DNA of 64,000 bases. Origin: Lama guanicoe (lineage: Eukaryota). The first letter of the stretch is position 1. Each line of letters starts with the position of its first letter. Shown here one piece after another: positions 11,880 to 24,155 of the stretch. The notes under the pieces were generated by a model. The model saw only the letters and a list, made by a program, of their open reading frames with translations. It had not been told where the DNA came from and did no database searches. The translations under genes were made by a program, and so were the position numbers. The DNA lies in NCBI GenBank assembly GCA_013239625.1, contig MU053873.1, positions 3,764,273 to 3,828,272 on the forward strand, written 5' to 3'.

Positions 11880-12706
11880 TGAATATCACTAATTATCAGA
11901 GAAATCCAAATCAAAACTACAATGAGGTATCACCTCACACCAGTCAGAATGGCCATCATTCAAAAATCCACAAATGACAAATGCTGGAGAGGCTGTGGAG
12001 AAAGGGGAACCCTCCTACACTGCTGGTGGGAATGCAGTTTGGTGCAGCCACTGTGGAAAACAGTACGGAGATTCCTCAAAAGACTAGGAATAGACTTACC
12101 ATATGACCCAGGAATCCCGCTCCTGGGCATATATCCAGAAGGAACCCTACTTCAAAATGACACCTGCACCCCAGTGTTCATAGCAGCACTATTTACAATA
12201 GCCAAGACATGGAAACAGCCTAAATATCAACAGATGACTGGATAAAGAAGAGGTGGTATATTTATACAATGGAATACTACTCAGTCATAAAAACCGACAA
12301 CATAACGCCATTGGCAGCAACATGGATGCTCCTGGAGAATGTCATTCTAAGTGAAGTAAGCCAGAAAGAGAAAGAAAAACACCATATGAGGTCGCTCATA
12401 TGTGCACTCTACAAAAAAAACCATAAATACAAAACAGAAACAGACTCATAGACATAGAATACAGACTTGTGGTTGCCAGGGCGGCGGGGTGTGGGAAGGG
12501 ACAGACTGGGATTTCGAAATGTAGAATAAATAAACAAGATTATACTGTGTAGCATAGGGAAATATATACAGGATCTTGTGGTGGCTCACAGTGAAAGAGA
12601 ATGTGACGATGAATGTATGTATGTTCATGTATAACTGAAAAATTGTGCTCTACACTGGAATTTGACACAACATTGTAAAATGACTATAACTCAATAAAAA
12701 AAAGTT
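11880..12706 (+). mobile_element. 5'-truncated, relatively young LINE-1 (ORF2 C-terminus, 3' UTR, poly-A)
   Basis: ORFs 11922..12245 ([13 protein letters not shown]...CWRGCGE...HCWWEC) and 12269..12451 are the L1 ORF2 Cys-rich end; near-TSD AAAAATATKCTG. Confidence 0.92.
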
Positions 12707-13751
12707 TTAAAAATATGCTGGATCCCTGCGTTCTTCATTCTTTGAATTGTTACAGGAAGTAGGCATTCCTCCCGTAACTGTGAAAAACAACTCTTTTTGG
12801 CAAAAAAGTAAAAGCATCCATCTGACTCAGGTGCTCGCTGGCCTGGCCCCCCCCCCCCAGAGCACAGGCGGAAAGGCACTGAGCTGACTCAGTCACTAGG
12901 TTCACCCCGCCTGGAAGACTTGGGTATCTCCTCCAAATGCCTGCTCTTGGCAGTAGATAAACCAGGATTTCTCAAAGTGGATTTCGCCTTCCACCAGCCA
13001 CTGCAGGTACTTTTTCAACAAAGGTCCCTGTGGCCACACACATCTGAAGGAATGCTCCATGTGCTCTCTCACACTCCCCCAGTTTCCTGAGTGGGACAAG
13101 TGTATCGGCACAGCCAAGGCTCTGACAAGTCCTGCAGGATACAGAAAGCTGTTTCATCTTGTTTCCCAGTCATTCCACTGGGAAACTGTTTTTCACTCGT
13201 AAACATTTTCCTTCCAGGGATGTTTTTATTCTAATAAGAAAATCTTATAAATCTCTCTCCAGATGAAATATCTGATGGAAGAATTCTCAAGCCTTAAGGC
13301 AGAGGTGAGAGAAGAGTTTTGAACAGTGGTGGGGTTTTCTTGGTCCAGCCGCCTCCTTTTAACTCAGTGACTCTCATCATTCTAAGCAGGCAACTGGACT
13401 GTTAAGTTCCTTCTGGCTGGGGGTTTGACAGCACTTCATGCAGGACTGAGCGTACAGCTGATGCTCAGTAAATGCTTACGGACTAATTCATTCTTTACTC
13501 CTTCCAGGGAACATATGTTATTTTCTACCCTCCTTGATCTTCACCCCCATGGGCAGAATGGGTCTCCTCCCAAGAAGAGGAAGGGACCTTCGGTTTGGAT
13601 ACATAGAACCCAAGGATGTCACACCATCTGTGAGTTCCCACAAGTAGGTGAGTCTCTTCCTCAGATGACAAGTCAGCCCCCAACAGTCCCTGCCTGCCCC
13701 CTCCCCCAGCAGTCCCTGCCCCATCACAGGCCGAGCCAGGCCAAGCCTTAC

Positions 13752-13897
13752 TGTGCTGTCCTGAAGGTACTGCTCCCAGATCCCGGCCGTCAGCCCGTGT
13801 CCAGCATCACAGGGCAAGTTTGGAGACACGATCATGTGATTGACCAGGGCTGACAGGTGGGTCCTCACAGTGGACAGGTGTCTGCAGTAGGCAAGCC
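13752..13897 (-). CDS. SGSM1: SGSM1 exon 16 (146 nt), LAYCRHLSTVRTHLSALV...IWEQYLQDST
   Basis: acceptor ggcag|GG, donor ACA|gtaagg. Confidence 0.95.
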
Positions 13898-14792
13898 CTG
13901 CCAGAGGAGGGAGAGAAAGTGTCACCGTCCACCATCTGACACCCCTCGCCTGGTCTCGTGGAGTCTCCAAAGGGCCGTCCTACTCACAATATGTAGTAAC
14001 AGAACAGGCAAAAGCCTGGACCTCAGGGAGCTCACACTTTCCCTGCCTATCCGGCTAGCTACGACCTGCACTGGTATTTCACAGGCCCATGCAGGATGTA
14101 GCAACACATTTCTAGTATCCCTGAAAATAGACACATATTTTATCTTCCCCCTCTAGGCTGTGAGGCAAAGGAAATAAAACCTGCCAATCAATACGGCAGA
14201 GTGGGAAAAAAACAGAGCATCTGCCATCAGGCAAGCCTGGGATTAAGCCTCTGTCACTTATTAGCTGTGTGACCTTGTGCAAGTCACTTCCCCTCTCTGT
14301 GCCTCAGTTGCCTCATCTGTTACTTGGAAATCATCAGAGTACCTGTATCATGATTTTAGTTTTTAAGTTCTTGGGAAGGAATCGGGCCACCTTACTCTTC
14401 TGCGTCTGCCCACAGGAGAAGGGAAGTGACCTTTATTGAGCACAGATGGCAATGCTGGGAGCGAGGGGCCTTTTACATGCTTCCCATTCAATTCTGAAAA
14501 CAAACCCTCTAGAGTGGGCATGTAGGATGCAACAGTGATTAAACCAAAGTCTTTCTAGCATGGAGCCCCATTGTTCACTGCCTCCTCTTAGGACCAAGTG
14601 AGAACATTTATCCTCTATCTGTCAATGAGGCAATTGAGGCTCAGAAAGGTTAATGTGACTTCGCCAAAACGAAACATCTAGGAAACAGAGGCGCAGAGCC
14701 AGGCTCCTTGCCCTGGTATTGCTGGCATGCATGCAGTAGACACTGAATAAACGTTCCCTGGAAAGCACATGGCAAATAAGGCCAATACGCAC

Positions 14793-14857
14793 ATCCATAG
14801 AAGGCTCTGGAAAGGATCTGGTACTTCATATTGTCACAGAGAAGCTTCAAGGGAGCC
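14793..14857 (-). CDS. SGSM1: SGSM1 exon 15 (65 nt), APLKLLCDNMKYQILSRAFYG
   Basis: acceptor ctccag|G, donor T|gtgcgt. Confidence 0.94.
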
Positions 14858-14984
14858 CTGGAGGTGGAGGAAGAGGAAGACACTTAGTATAGAGAAACAC
14901 GTAGCCCACATTTGCTGGAGAGCAGCGTAACTCCTTATCTCTAGGGAACAGATTAAAACCAGACAGTCAAGTATCACTGCCCCT

Positions 14985-15455
14985 TCTTTTGCTATCAGCT
15001 TGGGAGTTAACTCCTCCCTAGCTCTGTCCCTGTGGTTTGGGTGCAGCTGATTCTACCCAGGGCATGACTCAGCTTGGACTCACAGCGATTGGGTCAGAGG
15101 GGGCTCACATGATCCAACCTGGGCCAATGAGAATCAGCCCTAGGACTTTTGTTGGAACTACCAGAAAACAGACACCCTTTTCTCTGCTTAAGTTCCTAAG
15201 CCAGTGGGATATAGGGCAGCAGCTTCTGAGATCCCTTTTTGTCGCTGCATAGGAAGGGCCTGCCTGAGAATGAAATCATCATAGAGACGGAGCCGAGTCG
15301 AGAGCTGAAGAAACAGAGATTCCTATTTGGGGCATCTGGATCCAGCCATGCCTGAAGCCACTGTGCCTCTGGATGTGTCAGTTCTGTCGAGATTTTCTTT
15401 TACACTTGAACTAGTTTGAAGGGCGTTTCTGTCGTCAGAAGAAAAGAGTTCTGAG
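14985..15455. mobile_element. MLT1K/L-like LTR
   Basis: GGGCCAATGAGAATC and TGGATCCAGCCATGCCTGAAGCCA motifs. Confidence 0.6.
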
Positions 15456-16519
15456 TTCTAAAGTGACCCAACTGAACCGAAGTGGAGCCAGACTGGGAAT
15501 CAGAGTCTGGTTGACTGCAGAGCAGATGGTGTCTCAGAGCCTCTCCTTGCATGGGAATTGGGGAGGGGGGCTGTTTTGGCTGAAAGAGGAGAGAGGAGTA
15601 AGGCCTCAGAATTACTGGGCAAAAGAGGATTGCTGAAGGGAGTGTGGTGCATTCTTGGAGAGAACAGAGTAGAGGAATATCTACTTATTTATTCTCAGAA
15701 CATTCCAGGAGACACCCACAGGGAGAACCAGGGAGAATGGGAATGAGGCACAAATGGCTGAAGTCCTCCAGTTACACACAGGGAGGCATTCAACATGAAA
15801 GTCACCCTCTTTGTGCCCCAGGCGTGCTCAGGTTACATGAGGACAGCATCACACTGACAGCTGTCCCACGGTGGCCTTGCTGTCTGCGAGGTGGCGGGTT
15901 TCCCACCACAAGTGTGTAAGCAGATGCCATGAGAGGGGGTAGTAGGTCAGAACAGCATTTGTCAATGGTCCCTGGCCCATCAGCCACAGAACCACTTGGG
16001 GTTTCTCCAGCAACTGAGTTCCTAGGTCCTGCATAGACCCACTCAATCAGCATCTCTAGGAAGCAGTCCAGGAGGCCGTATGTGTTGCTACCTCCCCAAG
16101 GTGATTCTGCTGCACATTAATATATGAGACTCTCTGGTCATATCAGTGTGTCTCAAGCTTCAAAGTACACACGTCATCTTGGGATCTTATTAAATGCAGA
16201 TTCTGCTTCAGTAGATCTGGGATGAAAAACAGAGATCTGCTCAGGTGATGATGCTTTTGGTCCTTATACCACACACTGAAAGCCAGGAATTATAAATCTT
16301 CACAGTTTACACTCCTGTGGCTGAAGACTGGCCCACCCACTGGGACAGAGGCCCAGCAAGGAATAAAGGATTCCATCCCCCTAGGGCAGGCCAGGCTGGG
16401 TCAATGGAAAACATGACCAGTCTCATAAAGCAGCTGAGTAGTTCCAGACACCAAAGCTCTACGGGCAAGGAGAGAGATGACCTGGGGATTTAACTTTCTG
16501 CAATAAAATAAGACGTGTC

Positions 16520-16673
16520 GGGGAGGGTAGAGCTCAGTGGCAGAGTGCATGCCTAGCATGCACGAGGTCCTGGGGTCCATCCCCAGGACCTCCACTTAAA
16601 TAAGTAAATAAACCTAATTACCCCCTAAACAAATAAACAAAATTTTAAAAACCCAATAAATAAAATTAAAAAA
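16520..16673 (+). mobile_element. Vic-1-like SINE
   Basis: same head and tail; near-perfect TSD AAGACGTGTC / AAGAAGTGTC. Confidence 0.85.
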
Positions 16674-16839
16674 AAGAAGTGTCATTTATTGAAATGCACC
16701 ATGTGCAGGTACCACATGGTGGCCACTTGAAACCAGTATTTGACTTGTCCTTACAACAGCTACATAAGGCAAGCATCAGTATCCCCACTTGTTGGAGGAG
16801 CAAACTGAGGCACGTGTGGTTGTCACTAAGTAATACTTC

Positions 16840-17185
16840 TGTTTTCTGTCTTCTAGGAGCACGGTAAGACTGTACTTCCTGGCCCCCTGTTGGTGGGGCC
16901 AATGAGATATGAGTATAAATGATGTGCCATGTTCGGGCTGGAGCATTTAATTGTTGGGTCAACTCCATCCAGAGCTACCTTTCCTTCAGTCACTGTGATG
17001 CGCCATATTCAAGACAGTGGTGGCTCCATCTGCCAGGCCCTTTAATGGGAAGAAAGCAGAGCCCCCTGCTGACCCATGGTAGACACACAGCATGCATGAT
17101 AAATAATCCTTCATGGTAGTAAGCCACTGACATTTTAGGATTGTTTGTTACAGCAACAAAACCTTCTTTATCCTGACTGATAATA
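16840..17185. mobile_element. MLT1-like LTR
   Basis: GGCCAATGAGATATGAG and AAGCCACTGACATTTTAGGATTGTTTGTTACAGCA motifs. Confidence 0.6.
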
Positions 17186-17358
17186 TGTAAGGAAGCTCCA
17201 ACAGCTGGGACTTCACAAGGCTGGGATTTAACCTAGACTTGGATGAGTCTACAGCTGATGTTCACACCTCTGAATTCAGTGCAGGGCATAGAGTGCATGT
17301 CGACAGATTTTTGGTAAATCCTTCCATTCCCTCCATCCACAGTCCAAGCCCCTCATAC

Positions 17359-17497
17359 CTCTCATGGTTGCAGCCATTGGCTGAGCCACCATCAGCCGAG
17401 CCACTCTGTGAGCAGGATGAGCAGGAGGATTTCCGGGGGCTGGGTTGCCATAGGGATGGCAGGTTGCTCACGGAGACATCCATCAGGTCCTGGGGGA
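17359..17497 (-). CDS. SGSM1: SGSM1 exon 14 (139 nt), PQDLMDVSVSNLPSLW...NGCNHE
   Basis: acceptor cacag|TC, donor AG|gtatga. Confidence 0.94.
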
Positions 17498-18462
17498 CTG
17501 TGGAGGGTAGAAGGGGCAGAGGAACAGCTCTGGTCAAGCATATGTGGGTCCCAGAAACCTCACCCCAAAGCAAGCAGCCCACCCCCAGGCCAGCACAGGG
17601 AGAAGGAAAGACCCCAAAGGTCACAGTAGGAAACAGCGACCCCAATCATTGTCTGACCCAGGCCCTTGAGTCCATCTGAGCCAACGAAAGCCACCACCAA
17701 GATTTCAGGCCCCCAGCACACGGGCAGAGCTGATGATAGCTGATGAGACAGGAAGAGAACAGAGCGAGACCAGACCCAAGAAAACAGGCCCAGTCTCAGA
17801 GCAGGAGGCCAAGCCTCACCATGTTGTCATTCAGTTGTCCTCATAGGAGGCTGGCAGGAGGGAAGGGGAGACTGCTGGGGACTTCTGGGGAAGGCTGATA
17901 GCCTCGAGTCCCCAGAGGTAGGTCTCAGGGGGAGCTCCCGGTGGTGAGATGGAAGGGAGCCTGGGTGAACAGATAAGGCAGGGCACCCAAAGGCAGGGGA
18001 CCCAGTAGAGTCCCCACGGATGAGGGCCTTACGCTGCCTATGGTCCTGAACCTATAGCTGCTCCACCGGGAGAGTCTCAAACAGGTTGGGGACCCCCCAA
18101 AATCATTTCGGGAGCTTGTTTAAAAGCCATATGCCTGTATCTCCTGCCTGAACTAATGAATGAAAGCTTCCTGGAGATACAGCCCTTGAATCTGTGTTTC
18201 AAAAACAGTTTTGATATAGTGGCCACATTCGAGAACCAAGAGGGCACAAATGATCTCCTAACTCTTGGACTCCGGTGATTTCCTGATCAATTGCTCCCAA
18301 AGATACCACACTTATAGTTTCCCTCACTGTCTTCTTTTCCATCTCTGTGATAACCACAGCATCGGCAACGCTACAGAACAAACATACCAGAGACACACGC
18401 ATTACAATTTCTATAGTTAATTTCCTGGCCTCCTGGTGCAAAACAATTTATTTTCTCTGGGC

Positions 18463-18790
18463 CAGGGCTCAGCAAATATTTTCTGTACAGAGCCAGGTAG
18501 AAAATATTTTAGAGTCTGGAAGCCCCTTGGTTGCTTTCATAACCACTCAACTCTGCTGTGGTTGTGCAAAAGTAGCCATAGACAAAATGCAAGCAAATGA
18601 GCGTGAGTATGTTCTAATAAAACTTCATTTGTGGACGCTGTAATGTGAATTTCACATCATTTTCACATGTCACAAAATATTATTCTTTTGATTTTTAGAA
18701 ATTATTTAAAAATGTAAACACCATGTTTAGCTCATGGGCTATAAAGAATGAGGCTAGATTTGGCATGTGGGCCAGTCTGCCAAGACCTGC
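18463..18790. mobile_element. MER58-like hAT DNA transposon (related copies at about 20140-20360 and 29185-29385)
   Basis: TCAGCAAA...TTCTGTA...GCCAG start, CTCAACTCTGC and AATAAAACTT motifs. Confidence 0.65.
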
Positions 18791-19376
18791 TTTAGGAAAT
18801 TAAGAGGGGGACAGATCTGCCCCATGAGCCATGCCTCCTCAAGGATGACAGATAATACACGGCCTCTCCCCTCAGGCTCTAAGGGGAGGGGAAGCTGCGG
18901 GCCCAGCCCCACTTGTCATCACAGTTCCATAGCTGACAGCCCCTGTCCCCACCCACTTGACTGAACAGAAAGCTGCCTACAGGATGAGGTTCTTGAGGCC
19001 ACCAAACATGGCTTGTTGCACTCCTCCTGTTCATGCAGACTCACCAGTGCGCCAAGAAAGACCAGTGAGCCCCCGTAAAATGTTCTAGAGAATCATCCCA
19101 GTTCTCAGCCAGTCTCAAGGAAGCACTGATCAGTTTCTCCCAGGTGCGGCAAACATGCCTCCACCCCCAGCCTCTCACCCCCTGCAGACATCACTAAAGG
19201 GTACCTCTGCTACAGAACCCATGACACTAAGCTGTGTCCTGCCGAGTGCAGGCAGGACTATGCGAGGGCATCAATTTTTCTCCGGCCTCCCTCTCTCATG
19301 GGATCAAGACTCAAATGACAACATGGCAGAGGTGGCCAGCACCCAGCCCCAGGGGTGGGGGGAGCCCAGACATTAC

Positions 19377-19541
19377 TGGGGGGTTGAGGCTTCAGGCAGG
19401 ATGTGGGGAGGGTGATGTCCCATTTGGTCTGAGCCCACCGACTGTCCCTGGCCACCACTAACACGGACCGGCCTGCAGGAACCACCATCCAGGCAGGGCC
19501 CACGGAGACGGGGGAAGTGCTGCCCGAGGAGTCAGAAGCCA
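19377..19541 (-). CDS. SGSM1: SGSM1 cassette exon 13 (165 nt, 55 codons), ASDSSGSTSPVSVGPAWMVVPAGRS...KPQPP
   Basis: acceptor cttaag|TG, donor A|gtaatg; phase 1 to 1 and stop-free; resembles the recalled insert of the long human isoform. Confidence 0.8.
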
Positions 19542-20986
19542 CTTAAGAGACAAAATTAAAATGCACTGGTGAAATGGAAAGTCTGACGTGGGTGAAACAC
19601 TGAAAAGGCAGGAAGAACCAATTCTCTGGGGCTTGAACCTTTCCCCCGCCCTACTCCACACAGTTCTCAGGGGTGGTGTTTGATTAGAGGAAGAAAGAAT
19701 GCTGATAAAGTGCCTACTATGTGCTGAGTGCCATGCTGCACAGGAAATTGCCTTATCCTTATTGACATTGTAAGGAATGCGTTTCGTTTTCCTATTTTAT
19801 GGAGGAGAAAACTGAGGCACAGAATGATGATACAACTTAATCACCCAAAGCCTCACCAGGTAGTCACCAGTATAGCTAGTCTTTTGACTAAAGGCCCCGC
19901 CTCTTCTCTTCCCGCTAACACTTACTGAGCTCACGTGCTATCATTATCCCCTTTTACAGATTAGAAAACTGAGGCACAGAGAGTTTAAGCAGCATGCCCA
20001 AGACCACCCAGCTAATAAGTGATGAAGCAGGGGAGTGACCCAGGTGGTGGTGAAGACTCAAGAAGGGAGTTTAGAATCATCTGTGGCCACATCTTGCCTC
20101 CTACAGGGTGAAACTCTTTTCTCTTATTATTTAAGGTAAGTGTCAGCAAACTTTTTCTACAAAAGGCCAGATAGTAATGTATTTTGGCTTTGTGGGCCAT
20201 GCAGTCTCTGTTATAACTCTTCAACTCTGCAGCTATGGCTGAAAAGCAACCACAGACAACATGCAAATGGATGGGTGTGGTAGTGTTCCAATAAAACTTT
20301 ATTTACAAAAATGAGCAGTGGGCCAAATTTGGCCCCCAGGAAGGAGTCTGCCGGTTTCTGATTTAGGCACTTCTTCAGAGAGGACTTTGTAGCTCTAGCA
20401 GATGAAAACTATAACATGAATGTTCTGAGGCTCAGGGTTCCGAGAAAATTGGCCAAGGATGAGGTCACCATTTCTATGTGGGCCAAACCTGACCTTGAGG
20501 GTAAAGAAAGGGAAACCACAATGCTCTCTTCCACCCCCTCCCCATCAAAATAATCTGCGTGGAGTGCTTGTGAGAGGCCCAAGCTCTGGAGCCAGACCAC
20601 CTGGGTTTAAATTCCAGCCATGTCAAAGATGAGCTGTGCAGCCCTGGACCAGTTTCTTAACCTTTCTGTGCCTCAGTTGCCTCTTCTGAAAAATGGGGAT
20701 GGTGTTGACAATGGTACCTGCCTGGAAGGGCTATGGTGAGGATTAAGCGAATCAAGACACGGAGAGAGCACATAAGTGGGCTTAGAACACAGTGGCACAT
20801 AATACACAAGGGCATCACTGGGCATCTGTCATATTAGGTGTTTGATGTGTTATTGCTCTGACCTCTAAGAATATGATCCTGGGTTGGGGGTGCTGTTATC
20901 CCCATTCTACAGGCCTGGAGAGGGCAAGTCACTTGGCCACACTGCAGTGGCAGACTTGAAAGAAGTGATGTGTTCTTTCCCTAAGC

Positions 20987-21216
20987 CAGCATTTCTCATC
21001 TGGGAGCAATTTTGCCCCCAGAGGCCACTTGGCAATATCTGGAGACGTTTCCAGTTGTCACAACTCAGTGTTGGTGGTGAGGGTGGATTTGCTACTTGGC
21101 CACTCATGAGTGGAGACCAGGGATGCTGCTCAGCATCCCGCAATGCACAGGACACCTCCCGCTGCAAAGAATGATGCCATCTGAAATGTCAGGAGTACGA
21201 AGATTGAGAAGCCTTG
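20987..21216. mobile_element. MER20 hAT DNA transposon
   Basis: TTTTGCCCCCAG...TTGGCAATATCTGGAGAC...CCAGGGATGCTGCT...TTGAGAAGCCTTG. Confidence 0.75.
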
Positions 21217-22987
21217 TTCTAAATGAACTGACTTGGTTGGGGTTTCCCTGAAGGCAGACAAGGATTCAGGTGCAAGTCTTGAGAGATGTTCCCAAGAAGC
21301 ATGGGTAGCGGGGAGGTGAGGCGACAGGGAAGGGAAGGGTGAAGAGAGTAACGAGGTAGTTACCATGTAAGTTACCACTGTGGGCAACTGGTGCCTCATC
21401 TTCTGCGGGACCTCTAGGAGATGGTACAGAACACATGACACGGTGTTCTCACCCAATGGGTGAGGGAGCTGGGGCACCAGCTCCTACCAGTCACGGGCTG
21501 AGGGCTGCTCCAAGGAGGCGCTGATTTTAATCCATCCCACCCATGGGTAGAAGGGACCCTGGTGGCTGGAGAAACCCTCAGGCAAAGAGACACTGAGGCT
21601 GGCAGCTGGCATGCACAGAGGGGTGTGGATGGGCACAGCTAGCGCCTGTTCTGCTGGTCCACAGGGACAGGCAAAGGTGGATATTCCCCAAAGAAGTCTG
21701 ACCTTCAGCACCCAGCCTGGCTCCCAGCAAGAGCCTACAAATTATTTATTGGAAGAGGCTCTGTGGAGAGAGTGGCCTGGGAAGGCAGCCACAGGGCATC
21801 TGGCTGGGGCTGTGTGATGCGGTACCACAGAGAGGCTGTAGGGGGCTTCAGACCCTGATCCTGGGCGGGAACGGGTGTGGTGAGACACTTCAGGACACTC
21901 CACGGCTCTTAATGACACAGGGACACGAGGCTTTGTTCCTAACTGGCCACGAAAAATACACGGGTGAAACCAGAGGGTGACCCAAGCAACATCAGCTCTT
22001 CCCACCAAGCCTGCCTCACATCCCGGATCCAACAGCGAGGGGTGTGAGCTGGGACAGTAAGTGGCCTGGTAGGATTATTCCAACCTCACCAGGGAGGAGG
22101 TCCGCTTTCAAAAGACCCTCTCGCTGCCCAGCTGTGGTCGGTTAAATGAAAGGCGGCTCAGAGCCATTCAGGAACAACAGGGCCACAAAGGGTTAAGTAA
22201 AATGAAGTTTACAGGAAGAACCTATAACTTCCTATTAATTTGCTTCCCAGACATCCATACGGTGCTTACTAAGTGCCAGGCCTCCTTCTGAGACCTTTTT
22301 AAATATTAGTTCATTTAATCCTCACCGCAGCCCTCTGGTCACGAGCATCTTACTAGTAAGTTTCCATTCACTAAGCATCAATTGCACAGCGATCACCATG
22401 GCAACTGTTGGATGTACATTATGATCTCGGGTGCCAGTGCCTCCCCGTCCCCTCTGCTGTCCTGACAAACCACTGATTGAGGGCCTACTGTATGCAAGGC
22501 CTCATTCTGTGGGCTTAGCACTGCTCACCGTTATCATCTCATTGGATCCTCACAACAATATACTGAAGTAAAATAATAAAAACACAACAGCAGCTAACAT
22601 TTGAGTGTTCTCTCTGCGCCACGCCCTTTATCTCATTTGATCCCCGCAAGAGTCCTATGAAAAGAGGCGCTGTAAATGTCCCCACTTTGCAGATGAGGAG
22701 ACTGAGGCACAGACGGGTGAGGTGGCTTGCCCAGGCTTAACCAGGACTTGAGAGCCTGTGTCACTGCTGCTACCCTTTGCCACTTCGCACCCAGGGACGT
22801 CTTAATTAGGTAAGTAGAAAGTGGTTATCAGTTCTCATTTAGGGAGGACTGAGGTCTTCAAGACCCCGACTTCCGGATTCCAGGTCCCTCTGCTGGCCCC
22901 AGAATCCACATCTCTTGTCCTCTAGTTCCACATGCCTGGAGCCGTTTCCAGAATTAACTAACAGGGCCCAGTGCCAGAGCAGCTTAC

Positions 22988-23120
22988 CAAATTCGGACTG
23001 CATGCTGGGGTAGATGATTCTGAACACATAATCCGTGGCCTCGTCATCTTCCTTGTCTGAGGACGTGGACTCAGATGAACCCTGAGGGCTCCGCTTGCGC
23101 AGTTTGGGAAATACTTTGCC
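22988..23120 (-). CDS. SGSM1: SGSM1 exon 12 (133 nt), [11 protein letters not shown]...[14 protein letters not shown]
   Basis: acceptor tttcag|GGC, donor G|gtaagc. Confidence 0.95.
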
Positions 23121-23300
23121 CTGAAAGAACACCCAGTGCGTGGTCCCTTGGACACACCTGTCCCCACCACCTGCAGAGCATGAGGGTCCCCGCTGGATGC
23201 GCACGAGCCCACACAGCCACATAAGGGTCCACGGGCAAGTACAACCACTCCCCACGGCTGACCCGCACCCCAGCCTCCCCGGGCCCCCGCCATCGCTCAC

Positions 23301-23464
23301 CTTCCCCCGCTGAGACCAGAGCGGTGGGTCCAGCTGCCCGTGAGGGAGCAGCCCGTTCTCCAGGCAGGAGAGGAACTGCAGGAGGTGCCCTCCCTTGGGG
23401 AAGCGGAAGGGCGGTCTCTGGATCCCATCCTGGCTGACCAACACCACTGTCCCGCCGCTGTCCA
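23301..23464 (-). CDS. SGSM1: SGSM1 exon 11 (164 nt), [13 protein letters not shown]...PPLWSQRGK
   Basis: acceptor ggcag|TG, donor AAG|gtgagc. Confidence 0.95.
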
Positions 23465-23785
23465 CTGCCACGGCGACCCAGCCAGAGGAGACCCAGCAGG
23501 AAGTCACTATGAGGCATGGTGCTGGGGCCCTCCCGGAAAATATACACCCCCAGGCACGCCCATCCAGACCCAGGGGTCCTGCTCTGAGGCTCTGGGAAAC
23601 GCCTGGGCAGAAGGTCGCGGGGCAGTCCCCATCATCCCACCCACCAGAGTTTTTTTGGGGAACAACAGGCCAAGGTCAGGATGAGTGTGGCTGGTCTCCC
23701 TGCAGCCAGCCACCAAAGGAGAAAAATGCCCCAAACACCCTACACCCTTCAGGCACCCTCTACAAATTGAACTGACCTGTTTTTT

Positions 23786-23917
23786 GCGGGGGGGAGGTTA
23801 GGGGAGGTAATTAGGTTTATTTATTTAATTTATTTTTTTAATGGAGGAACTGGGCATTGAACCCAGGACCTCATGCATGCTAAGCACACACTCTACCACT
23901 GATCTATACCCTCCTCC
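23786..23917 (-). mobile_element. Vic-1-like SINE
   Basis: reverse-complement copy; near-TSD CTGACCTRTTTTT on both sides. Confidence 0.85.
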
Positions 23918-23959
23918 ATCTCTGACCTATTTTTGTATGTACGACTCTCGCTAGCATGT

Positions 23960-24155
23960 ATTAAGCACTTACTACATACAAGCACAGCAAGTTAAAGGCA
24001 CTGTCCTATTGTAATCCCCAAAGCGAGCCCTGTGAGGCGTATCTATGATTGCCTATCTTACAAATGATGAAACTGAGGCTCAGAGACATTATGTAACTTG
24101 CCCAAGGTCACACAGCTGGTGAGTGGCAGGGCCTGGAGCTGAACCCAGGTCTATC
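23960..24155 (-). mobile_element. MIR SINE (example of many)
   Basis: MIR core TTACAAATGATGAAACTGAGGCTCAGAGA...AACTTGCCCAAGGTCACACAGCT. Confidence 0.75.

Noticed and set aside
11922..12451. L1 ORF2 C-terminal ORFs as a functional gene
   Set aside because: 5'-truncated element with a frameshifting deletion near 12225; no RT or endonuclease domain.
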